From the NCBI GenBank assembly GCA_009914755.4, contig CP086569.2, positions 23,968,001 to 24,032,000 on the forward strand: a DNA stretch of 64,000 nt, in the 5' to 3' direction. Of the stretch, positions 34,044-46,936 are shown piece by piece. A program made the translations under genes and the position numbers. The DNA is from the human T2T-CHM13v2.0 reference genome, Homo sapiens. How positions within the stretch are numbered: the stretch's first letter is position 1; each line of letters begins with the position of its first letter. The notes beneath the pieces were generated by a model. That model ran no database searches. It saw only the letters and a list, made by a program, of their open reading frames with translations, and was not told the DNA's origin.

Positions 34044-37000
34044 GGACACCAAAACTATTAAAGTATTCCTACACATTTTCAAAAACTCATGAGAAACACA
34101 ATATTGAAGTCCTTATCCTGCTGTCTCCTTTTTTATTATAATAAAAGTAACAGAAAGGAAAACTTAAGTACATCATGTTTCTAGTCCATGACATTCTTCT
34201 TACTTTTATATTTGAAACTTCATCTTTCTCCAAATTTTCAGGAGTTGGCAATGTGGAAACCTCCAAGATACTACCTCTTTCAGTTTATTACCATAGATAT
34301 AATTATGGGTCATAGATATACTTGTATCTATGAAAAGAGATCCAGAGAATTACTATCTTCAAACAGCCAGCTAAAATGAAAATGTAATTGGGATTCTGTG
34401 CTCTGAAAAGTGCAGCAGAAATTTATTTCACTCTATCTCCCTAAGAAAATTCATGAAAGTCAGTTTGGATGTTTCATTCAGCTATTTCACAGTAAAGATG
34501 AAAACTACATCCAGAAGTAAAGGAGAGAACACCACATCTCAGAAATCTCTTCTACAGAAATGTTATTGCCAGGTATATTCCTCTCAAAATACTACTTCAT
34601 TACTTCTAAATAAGACAGATGTCTTCATTCTACACTAATTCTAAGTGTTTCCTTAAATTTTAGGTACACTTCACTAGTTTAAAATGACCAACTGTTCAGG
34701 AAATTTGTCTAAAAAAGTTAAAGGCCCCAATAATACCTGAAAGCAAATCATTTTACTCCCTCTTACATTACCTGATAATTATATACAGGCAACTGATATC
34801 CAGTGGTGACCTGAAATGCTGAATCGGGATAAGTAGGATATTCCTGAAAATAAATTATACAGAAAGAATGAATTAATACGTTAAAACATTATTTTTAATT
34901 AGGAAGAATTAGTCCCAATATAACAAAACTATGAAAAATTTCGAAATACTAATTATTTTTCTATCTGCAACAATGTAGAATTGTAAGTGACTGACTGATT
35001 TATGAAGAACGTATTATTCTCGGTCAAGTGCTATGGTTGGGCGTGGAGGGGGAACAGACAAATGTCAAAAGAACTGGCTATGACACCAGGCAAAGTTAAC
35101 CTTACTTATATTGTGTACTTATGCCCACCCAGAAGTTATTTCTTGCACTGGTGATAAGGCTGCATTAAGACAGAGTTCAATGTAAGTTAAATTAATACAT
35201 TTGCTATTTCCCTGTAAAAATGCTTCCAGACTGATGTGTATTTGACAATATTATAAGGTAATACGTAGTTCTGCAGAATTTACGGCGTTTTCTGTACTTC
35301 ATGTTGAAAAACTAAGTGCAGTATAGAATCCAATACTGGAAAAGAGACAGTATAATGTCTCATATGTTTCAATAAATACTTATTGTTTCAACACATATAG
35401 GTAAGCAGCATGCATCAATACACCCAGATTCAGTAATGGCTCACAGTAAATGATAGAAGTAGGGCTTTTATTCCAGCCATTGTTCACAGAAGGAAAAAGA
35501 AGATGAGGTATACCGTACATGTTTCAAGTACAGGGAAAATGTCAACAAATGAGAAACACTGAATATAACTACTTCACTACTATTCTGTTACTTTATTTTC
35601 CATCAAAGAAAATGTCTTTTAAACTAAGATATAAATAAAATGAACTAAGAAGAAAATAAACGTTATTTACCACCAGTAAGTGACAGAATATGTCAAATCT
35701 ACTTTAAATAGCAAACTAACAAGGATCAGAGACACTACATGCCAGAAACTTGCGGGATTTACAGATACCTAAAACATATCAGAAATCTACCCATTCCAGA
35801 ACCAGAATATATCTGGAAGTCAGCAATTTAATATGCAGAGGCATCTGGAAATCATTTCAAATAAAGAATACCTGGATTAACTGCTAAACTTAGAGAAGAA
35901 TAAAGCAGGCAGACACATGAGGAGAACTGCTTTTAAATATTTTAGTTATATGGGGGAAAGCAGCTCAGGTGTTATAGAGGTAATACTCTTTTTAATCCTA
36001 TTCTTATTTAAGAGTAATTAACAGCAAAACATTTCTGTTTCTTTTATGAAATTTTTTATGGTTGGTACATCCAGATGCAGATTCTCATCAGATACATGCT
36101 ATTCTAAAGCCAAATTAATACTACCTTTCTTAGATAAAGCCACATTAGGACTACCTTTCTTAGATTAAATAATCTATCGACAAGTAACTGAACACTTGTC
36201 ATAATTTGGAGAAGCCATTGCTTAAGCATACAAAAACCTGAGAGAGAAAAAGGCACTGTTTCTCCCATGGGAGATTATAATTGGGTTAAAAAGAAAGTAA
36301 CAAAACGTTAACACATCAATATAAAGAATCATTAAAAATATTTATAGGCATATGTGCCACACAAAAAATCAAGAAAGAAGAGCAGGTATATGTTTCACTC
36401 ATTCGCTTTACCGGAGGAACAACATAACTCCTTTGCGCCCCAACAGGCCAGTGCAGTGGAATCTTAAATTAAAAAAAAAAAAAAAAAAAAAAAAGTAACC
36501 AAAATTATTTAAATACTCCTACACGTTTTCAAAAACACATGAGTTACATAATATTGGAGTATTTATCATGATGGCTCCTTTGTTATAATAAAAGAAACAG
36601 AATAGAAAAAAGAAGTACTTTAGGTTTCTAATCCCCAAAGTTCTTGTTGTTACTTCTACACAGAAAACCTCACCTTTTTCCCAATTTTATGGAAACAGAA
36701 TTGTGGAACCCTCAAAGATATTAATTCTTTGAATTTGTTACCACAGATACAATTATGGGTCACAGATAATAGTTGTACCATTGAAAAGAGACCCAGAGAA
36801 CTGCTATCATGAAGCAGCAAGCTAAAATAAAAATACAACTGAAATTCTGTGCTCTAAGAATTCGGTAAAGCTTTTATTTCACTCTGTATCTCTACAAGAT
36901 TCAGGAAAGTCAGTCTGGATGTTTCAGCTCTTTGACAGCAAAGATAACAAAATACATGCTGAAACAAAGAAGGGAACACCAAATCTCAGAAATTGTTCTA

Positions 37001-37349
37001 CGGAAAAGTTATTGCTAAGTACCCTCCTGTCAAAATCTTATTTCATCACTTCTAAATAAAACAGAGGTCCTCATTACACTAATTCTAAGTGATTTCTTAA
37101 ATTTTAGGTACAGTTCACTAGTTTAAAAGGACAACCTATTCAAGCAATTTGTATAAGCAAGTTGAGGCCTCAATAGTAGCTGAAAGTAAATCATCTTACT
37201 CCCTCTTCAATTACCTGATAATTATATACAAGCAACTGACATCCAGTGATGACCTGACCTGGTGAATGTGGATAAGCAGAGTAAGCCTGAAAATAAAGTT
37301 TACAGAAAGAATGGATTAATACGGTAAAACATTTTCTTTAACTAGAAAG

Positions 37350-40300
37350 AAATATCATTCCCAAAATAACAAAAATACGAAAAACCTTGAAATGGTAATT
37401 ATTTTTCTACATACAGAAATACAGATTTCTAAATGAATGACTGACATGAAGAAACAAATATTCTCTGTCAAGTGCTACCCTTTGGGCGGGGAGGGGGAAG
37501 AGACAAATGACAAAACAAGTGACTGTTGCACCGGCCAAAGTCTACCATATTTATACTGTGTACTTATGCCCACCCAGAAGTTATTTCTTACGCTGCTGAT
37601 AAGGCTCTATTAAGATAGATTTCAACGTAAGTTAAAATAATACATTTGCTCTTTCTTTGGCAAAATACTTCTAGACTGTTTGCTATCTGATGATATTATA
37701 GGGTAATACTGTAGTTCTTCGGCAGATGTTACGGCTTTCTCTGTACTTCTTTTCCACAAATTAAGGGCAGTAAGTAAGCCACAGCTGGAAAAGAGACAGT
37801 ATAATGTCTTCTACTTTTCAATAAATACTTACTGATTAAAAACATACAGGTAGCATCATTCATCAATACACCCACATTCAGTAATGGCTCACAGTAAATG
37901 CTACAAACAAGTAGGGCTTTTCTTCTAGCCATTGCTCAGAGAAGGAAAAAGAAGAAGAGGTGTACCCCACACGTTTCAAGTACATGGAAAATGTCAACAA
38001 ATGAGAGACACTGAAGAACTAATTCACTACTATTTGGTTACTTTATTTTCCATCGAAGAAAACCTCTTTTTAAAAACTAACACATAAATAAAATGAACGA
38101 AGAACAAACTAAACGTTATTTATCACCAGTAAGTGACAAGAGTATGTCAAATCCTACTTTAAATATCAAAGCAACCAGCATCAGAGAAATTACGTGCCAG
38201 AAACTCACGGGATTTCTAGATAGAGCAAAAGAGATCAGAAATCTACCCATCCCAGAACCAGAATATACCCAGAAGTCAAGCAATTTATATGAGGAGGCAT
38301 CTGGAAATCACTGCAAGTAAAGAATAGCTAGGTTAACTGCTAACCTTAGAGAACAATAAACTAGGCAGACACATAAGGAGGGCTGCTTCCAAATACTTTA
38401 GGAACTAGTTATATGAGGTGAAAGAGGCAGAGATAGGAAGAGATTTGTTCATGTGTCTACAGAGGTCATTTCTAAGAGAAAGCTTCGCCAAGTATACAGA
38501 AGATTCTTAGCTCAAATGACGAACACGAAGAATAAGAAATTTCTAACAAAAGTAACAGATTTCCCGTTACTCACACTGTTCAAACAGGGATTCTATTGCC
38601 ACTTACTATGGAAAGTGTAGATACAATTCCACAGAGGGAAGGATGACTAGAATAAACAAGAGAACAGGAACATAAGCAGTTCTTACCTGAACGTGCTGAG
38701 TTACAGGATTCGGCGTGATTTGGGGCTGCAGGTAGGTTTCAGTGTTTGGATTCCGCCAGACGTTCTGAAACTGTGGTGGAGGAGGAGGATTAACTACCAA
38801 AGGACGTGGCTGCACATGACGAGCACCTTTTTAAAAAGCAAGAAGAAAAAAGCCTATTTTTAGTTATTTGAAAAGCTACACGGGTCAGAAAAGAACCATT
38901 TCTTTTCCTACTCACATAACTTTTGTTTCCTGATTGCAGGGCCCAGCTTCAGCTTTTTACCATGGAAATGTATCTGTGACTGAAAATAGAACCGTTAACA
39001 AAACTAGAATCAATTTTCAAGTGTTAGCTTCCAAGACTTGGGTAAACACCTGAAGTCTTCTAAAGTACCTATCATCATAGAAGATCGGGGACAACTACGC
39101 ACCAAATTAAAATTTGTCATCACGAAGCTACCTTACTTACCCTTACTACTCTAATCAGTGTCAAGAGGCATCAAGTGAAAGTTGATCAAAAACTTTCCAT
39201 CACCCTGTCTCCAACCCTTCCTGTCTGTAGTTCATGAAACTAGGTGTCCAGTCAAAAATAAACAGGATCAAACAAGCTACGTGAGGTTACTCTGAGTTTG
39301 GATTTTGAACAGGAAGTGTGTCTTTCCCCAAATTTTACACAAGTCCGAGTGTATCACTGACACTAAACGTTGTAGCAATAAGATAAATAAGAGATTTTTC
39401 TATTAGATTACTTACTCCTACTATCTTCTGGACATCCACGTCATTAACAAACGAAACAAATCCATAGCTATAAAGGCAGACAAATGAAGCATAAAATCAC
39501 CATCATACAGTACGTGGTTCAGAAGGTCTACTATTCTATATACAGAAGTGATCATGACAAAAGACGAATAATATACCATGATAAGTATTTGCTAAGATGT
39601 ACATGACAGATCCTCTACAAATACCACTTTTTCTTAAGCAGAACTATGTCAAAATGTGCTAGGATTAGGGCAGTGTGACAACTTTATTGATTAGCAAAGA
39701 ATTCATATCTGTGAACCTGAGTTTAACTTACTGTCTAAGACAAGGTGGTTAAAATTTAAGATGCTCTGCAGTGTATGAAGAAAACAATTATTTGAGAAAA
39801 CTGATTAACTCATCTGTATGAAATAGAAACTGGAGACATTTAAATACAAACATTAGAAAAATGGTCAAATAGAAGAACTGGTAATAGCCTTTTATCCCCT
39901 ACGTGAAAGAAATTAACACTGCAGAATATTGCATTTATACAAGGGTCAGAATATCAGTTTTGAAGTCTTGTCTGATACTTATAGAATAGGTGACTGGAGT
40001 TCACATATTTTTGATAAAATTACTCACCCTTTGGACACACCAGTTCGATTCGTGATTATCTTCACTTCTTTCACTGAACCGTATCTACCAAAGCAGCTTC
40101 CAATCTCAGTTTCATCCATCTATGGAAAAGAACTGAACGTCAGAGTAAAAATTCAGCATTCAAAAATTTCAACTTTACTACAATTTTACTACCATGAGGT
40201 GGAAATTTCTCCCCCATTTATCCCCGAATGACCAGCAGCCCTTTGTCAAAGATATTTTTAGTACCTATGGGTCAAACCTAAAAGCAATTCTAAACCTCCA

Positions 40301-43300
40301 GGAAGTACAAAAAAAAATTTAAGTTTGTAACAGGGCCCACATCCCATTGTTCATGATGTATGTTAAGGTAAAAATGAGGTACGAATACAATACCCTAGCA
40401 TCAATTCCACCAACAAAAACAGTGTTTGGCACGATTTTGCCTTCTGGTAACACCCAGCCTTGGCTAGCTGCAGCTGATGAAGACTGGGTGCTGGCCTCTC
40501 TGGAGATGGTTGAGTTTGGAGTCTCAGGATTTGCAGCAGACTGTAATTTGGAAAGTAGACATCATAATTACGTATGCAGGCAAAACCCATACATAATGTG
40601 AAATACCATTTTTGTATTTTAAGTATATTTTACATAAATTACTTTCATTGTAATTCAGTCACCAGTGCAGCTCAGTTCAGGCTCAGGATTTAAACTTATC
40701 AGAGTACATCAGCATGGAATTTTAACCGAAGGATACAGTACTTTCTTAAACCTAGTGCCGCTCATCACCGAGTCTTGTATAATGCTGTGGAAGAATACCC
40801 ATTTAGTATTTGTGAAAGTACTACGTGAAGTAGTTAAAAAAGACACCCAAAACTAGAGAGTTTAGATTTGTAAAAATTAAAGTTATTAAAATCATCCTGT
40901 TCTATATTCATAAACAACTTTTCACTTTACTGAGTAGACTAAAGATAAATCTTAAAAAAAAAAAAAAAAAAAAAAAGCCCCACCAAAAAGAAAATAAGCC
41001 TCAACGTTTTAAACCAATTTGTTACAATCCTCTTCCCTAACGCTAGGGTGTTCAAAGCATCTTTTGAAATAACATTTTTCTTCCTGAGTAACACGGAATC
41101 AGTCTGACTGATAATTCTGATTTTCACAGTGGGCTGATAGATATAAATGATACCATCTTTATTTTCAGATAAAAAAACACATACATATAACTCACTAATT
41201 TTCTAGATTCTGATCAGAACTGTCTTTATTCTTTCCACAGCAGACTCTAAGGTTAATGTAAAATTTTCTGAAGTAGTATTCATAAGTAATATATACGTTG
41301 GAGAAACAATATAGCATAGTGAAACAAAAATTAATTCAGTCAGGAGATCTAGGTTTATGTCCCTTACAGGTAAGTGGTTATAAGCCACCTACTTGCCAGC
41401 TATGTATCTGTGGGCAAAGTGCTTTGAGAATGACATGAGATCACATCTGTGAATTCATTTTGTACGTATAAAGTGGTACAAGTGGTGTGCCAATGTAAGT
41501 TAGTGTCCTGTTATTTGAATTTATTTTCAGCCGATTTGTTTTCAAGTTTCTTTTTTGGCTTCACTATTTAGCTGACTTATTTTGAAAAAATTTTAATTAA
41601 GAACTAATTGACACATCAGGAAACTATGACACATCATTAATTTAAAAATCATTGGTGAAGTGCTGTTGACTTCACAAATGTCAGTACAAAATGCTGCAAA
41701 AGAGAAAGCTATTACACATATACCTGTCTGAAAGAAAACAAAAGACAAAAGAAACTGCGTTATCTTTTTGAACACAGTAATGTTATAGAAGTTAATAAGA
41801 AAGGAGGGTTCCTGCTTTGTTAATTAGAGCCTAGAAGTTACTGATTCTACACAGCTTTACTAGAGATCAAATCTAAATTGTCAAATCAACTAAAGCCGAG
41901 GTTACTGCATTTCTCTATTCTTTCGTGCTTGTACTTGCTATTTTGGGTCTGTAACTAATTCCTAATTCTTTCCTTTAACAGCGTTATTTCATGACAATGA
42001 TGTGAAAGAAAAATTTAAAACACTATTTTTAAAGTTCTTCCTTTCAAAAATGTCTCACATTATTGCTTTTTCCAAATGACATTAAGCTGCACTACCTTGA
42101 ACTACTGGGAACCTGATTAGATATCCCTTCCCTATAGACAATTTACCAATTCCTTCTCAGTTCATTCAGAAATCCCAAACAGAATAAAACAAAACAAAAC
42201 AAATTCTGAAATTCTTGTAGTTTCTTTTTCTCCTTTCCAATTCCTCCTTGATTTGTGGATGAACTTTGGGTATGTGTTTCCTTGATAAACAAGCTATATT
42301 ACAGTATCGTCTCTGCACCATAGTGTTTGGATGTATTTTAATTTAGAAATGTAACATCTGGCAGAAAACTGTGTCAGACTACGAGAGGTTACGGAAATGC
42401 ACTGATTCTCAACTGGGCAAGATTTTTGAGCCCCAGGGGCATTTAGCGACGTTTAGAGATTGGCTGTCACAACTGAGATGTATTCCTGGAATCTGATGGG
42501 CTGAAGGCCAGGCACACTACTGCGCATCCTACAGTGTAAAGACAGCCTCCTACCATAAGGAAGTATTTGGTGCACAATTTGAAAAGGGTCTGGTTAAGAA
42601 ACCTTGTCACCGTGCCACAAGAATTGAAGAGGAAAATTCTTCTTTGGGAAGAACCTGATTTCCATCGCTCACTAAAGTGAATCTTTTCATGACCTCGGTT
42701 TCAGTTTCCTTGCTTGAAAACGAATGGCCGGAAAAGACCTCGGGTGTCTCTTCTGATTCTCATACTCATTTGGATACTCGAAATAACCGTAGTTTGGTAA
42801 AGAAGAAAAAAGGCATTTGATATTATTAAGAAGTTTGACTTTAGCTTGGATCTTACAAACCGGCTGCCTGCTTAACTGGAATCGTACATATAAAATTCAC
42901 TGAATCTCTCTAACAGCGTCATAATACTTTAAATGAAGGAAGTAATGATCATGTCCTAGTCCTCAGCCAGCAGGTGGCGCTCAAAGCTAACAAGGTAAGC
43001 AATGTACCTCGTTTTCTGCAACGTACTTCACTTTTACCATGGCTCGAGTAGCAGGGATTGTTCAATTCCGACTGTGTACTTATACATAATTATATAATGT
43101 ATATATAAAAATCCACAATCAACAGACAATCTTTGGTTAGTTTTAAACTACGGCCAAAAATATAAATGAATGCTTCGGATAAGCAAAAGTTTAGTTTGAA
43201 AGAAAGTACCATCGTAACCGTCAATGGCATCCTGAAAACAAACTGCATTAAAGAAGTAATTTTCTTAACCGTATCTTCAAGTGAGTTGTTGAATTTTCAA

Positions 43301-44876
43301 ATGAGAAATGTTGCAATAGTAAACAGGGGTGAGCTTCAACACCATCATACACGCAACTCTCACTGCTACATAGGGCAAATACATTCCTTGTTACATGTGG
43401 ACAACCAAGTGACAACGACAGCTAAAAGCTGCAAAAAAATTATCGTTATTTAAACTCCTGGCATGTCAGCTCCTTTGCCAGTATTATCTAATTCAATTAC
43501 TATGTCAACCTGTAAGCAAACTGATACTTATATAAACTGACCAGGAAAAAGCCTATCATTTGTAGTCAGCAAAGTTACATTCACAGCAATAGAAGAGGAG
43601 CAAATAAAGAGAGTGATAAAATTAAGAAAATATGACAGGAAAATCAGAATCAAAACCTTAAGCAAATCAAAGAGCAGATTCTCGGGGAGTGGTGCGTGGG
43701 GAGGATGAAATTCAAGCAATAAACAATCCTGGCAAAACAAAGCAAGAAAACACAAGAAAGCAAAAGTATACATGAGACCTGAAAAATGGGTTGCGGCCAC
43801 AGATAATAGAAGAATGCTAAGCAGAAACTCTATTTTCAATGAGGAAGAAAGTATTTCTCAACGCGTTTTACAAAGCTAAAAGCATATAGGTAACAAAGCC
43901 TCATCCAGATGATCCATCCCTGCCCTCAACACAAATGCAAAATTCCAGCAGTATATAAAGAGTCTAAGTTTACATTGGGAATGCAAGAATACTCCATTCG
44001 CAGGATACATTACTTTAGTTCATCACTGAAAATCATTTGATAAAATACAGCACTCATAATTTAAATTTTTTAAAAACCCAAGTAAAATAGAGGTAGAGGA
44101 ATCTTATTTTCTATCAATCTCATTCTACCCTATCATCAAGCTTACAAGTGAAATAGTTGAGTCAACTCAATTGAAAGTAGGAATGAGGTAAGGGCACCAG
44201 GGCACCTCCTTATTACTCCTGCATATGTTTTCCACTGTGTATGACAAAAGTGAATACTAATACAAAGTATTCTTATGAATCAGTAAGAAAAATAAAATTA
44301 AAAAGGTAATTTTAAAAGCTAAAGATCAATGATCAACTTCAATGATGATTTTTAAAAGTGCACATCAACATAATGTAATATTTTCCAGCTATTACGCTGA
44401 CAATTTAAAAAATACTAATAACTTTCACTGGAATGGGTGTGGAAAAGACAGCACTCTACACACCATCAGTGAGAAAATACTAATACGTGATTTACCAAGA
44501 GTACTTTGGAAAAGCTGTATCATAATTTGATAAGCGGGGATACTCACCACTATACTAAAAAGGAGAATTCATTATAAAATTGTTATACAAGGGGCAAAGT
44601 GCTTTCACCTAGCAATTCCACTTATAGCAATTCATCTCAAGAAATTAATAGTACAAGCGTGCCAAGATATTTACACAAAGATATTCACAGCATTGTTCTT
44701 TTTGAGACTGAGTCTCTCTTTGCCGCCTAGGCTGGAGTGCAGTGGCACAATCTCAGCTCACAGCAATCTGCGCCCCAGGATCACGTGATGCTGCTGCCTC
44801 AGCCTCCCGAGTAGCTGGGATTACAAGTGTGCGCCACCACGCCTGGCTAAATTTTTTGTATTTTTAGTAGAGACAG
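37350..44876. repeat. Segmental duplication copy 1: array-tail unit, unique segment A, then a 3' Alu half
   Basis: Matches 48200-56290. Offset is +10850 and identity is ~100% from 37350-43340 (track ORFs 37729/48579, 38093/48943, 38606/49456, 39929/50779, 40347/51197, 40665/51515, 41203/52054 are identical). Identity is ~85-88% from 43340-44876. Confidence 0.9.
44700..44876 (-). mobile_element. 5'-truncated Alu (3' ~175 bp only, reverse orientation) abutting an array unit
   Basis: 'ttctttttgagactgagtctctctttgccgcctaggctggagtgcagtggcacaatctcagctcacagcaatc...cgcctggctaaattttttgtatttttagtagagaca' is joined directly to 'ggaaacaaaaatcattcaaatattcc', which is array-unit sequence. The paralogous Alu at 56113-56412 is full length. 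Confidence 0.85.
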
Positions 44877-46897
44877 GAAACAAAAATCATTCAAATATTC
44901 CTTCACATTTTCAAAAACACATGAGATAACACAACATTGAAGTACATACGCTGGTTCCTTTAATTTGTTATTACAATAAAAGAAACAGAATGGAAAAAAG
45001 AATTACTTCAAGTTTCTAATCCCTGACGTTCTTGTTGTTACTTTTATATGTAAAACCTCAACTTTTTCCCAATTTTCTGGGGTTGGTATTGTGGAAATCT
45101 CAAGGATATTAGTTCTTTGAATGTATTACCATAGATATGATCATGGGTCATATATACAGTCATATCTATGAAAAGAGACACAGAGGACTACTATTGTGAA
45201 GCAGCCAGCTAAAATAAAAATATAATTCAAATTCTGTGCTCTAAAAAGTGGGTAATAATTTTATTTCACTCTGTCTCTCTAAAAAACTGATAAAAGTCAG
45301 TCTGGATGTTTCGGCTATTTGACGGCAAAGATTTAAAAAAAAAAAAAAAAAAAAAAAACATGCTACAATATAGAAGGGGACACCAAATCTCAAAAACCTA
45401 TTCTACAGTAAAGTTTTTGCTAAGTACATTCCTGTCAAAATATTACTCAATTACTTCTAAATAATACAGAGGCCTTCATTCTAGACTAATTTGAAGTGTT
45501 GTCTTAAATTTTAGGTACATTTCACTTCTTTAAAATGGCAAACTATTCAAGCAATTTGTATAAACAAAGGGCTCAATAATATCTGAAAGTAAATCATTTT
45601 ACTCCCTCTTAAATTACCTGATAATTATATACAGGCAAATGATATCTAGTGATGCCGTGAACTGCTGAATTTGGGTGAGTAGTGTGTGCCTATAAATAAA
45701 GTTTACAGTAAGAATGAATGAATACGGTAAAACATTTTGTTAATTAGAAATATTATTCCCAATATAAAAAACTATGAAAAAGTTTTAAAACATTACTTTT
45801 CTATATACAGCACTGCAGAATTCTAAATGAGTGACTGATTTTATGAAGAAGAAATATTCTGTCAAGTGAGGCCCTTTGGCTGGGGAAGGGGAACAGACAA
45901 ATGACAAAAGAAGGGACTATTTCACCAGACAAGTTTACCTTATTTATACTGTGTACTTACGCCCGCCCAGAAGTTATTTCTTACGCTGGTGATAAGGCTC
46001 TATTAAGACAGACTTCAATTGTAAGTTAAATTAATCCATTTGCTATTTCTTTGTTAAAATACTTCTAAAGGGTTTTCTATTTGACAATATTATAGGGTAA
46101 TACGACGTTCTCCTACAAATGTTACGGCTTTTTCTGTACTTCATTTCAAAAAACTAAGGGCAGTATATGATCCACAGCTGGAAAAGAGACAGTATGGTGT
46201 CTTCTACGTTTCAATAAATACTTACTGATTGAAAACTATACGTAGCATCACACATGAATACACCCAGATTACGTAATGGCTCACCGTAAATGTGAGAAAC
46301 AGGGCTTTTTTGCTAGCCATCGTTCAGAGGACAAAAAAGAAGCAGAGGTATACCCTACCTGTTTCAAGCACATGGAAAACGTCAACAAACGAGAGACACT
46401 GAAGAACTATTTCACCACTATTTTGTTACTTTATTTTCCATCAAAGAAAATGTCTTTTAAACTAAGACATCAATAAAACAAACTAAAAAGAAAATAAACA
46501 TTACTTATCCCCAGTAAGTGACAGAGTATGTCAAATCCTACTTTAAATATCAAGGTAACCAGCATCAGAGAAATCACATGCCCGAAACTCACGGGATTTA
46601 TAAATATAGGAAAACACATCAGAAATCTACCCATTCCAGAACCAGAATATATCCAGAAGTCAGCAATCTATATGAGGAGACATCTGGAAATCATTGCAAG
46701 TAAAGAACAGCTGGATGAATTGCTAACCTTCGGGAAGAATAAACTAGGCAGACACACGAAGACAGCTGCTTTCAAATATTTTCGGAACTAGTTATGTGGG
46801 GGGAAAGCAGTTCGGGTGTTTTAGAGGTAATACTCTTTTTTCTTCCTACTCTTATTTAAGAGTAATTAATAGCAAAACATTTCTGTTTCTCTTGAAC

Positions 46898-46936
<39 letters not shown>

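Noticed and set aside
16100-35600. Dozens of 60-100-aa ORFs recurring in every repeat unit on both strands (e.g. MARKKALLVS…, MTHYVKPYFKYQ…, MLYVEKGYF…)
   Set aside because: They are short and overlap on opposite strands. Many start at non-ATG codons. They recur only because the DNA is tandemly repeated. I used them as periodicity markers only.
40347-40601. 84-aa ORF in segment A as a possible small protein
   Set aside because: There is no ATG context, splice signal or homology I can recognise. It is overlapped by an antisense ORF and sits in AT-rich intergenic-looking DNA.
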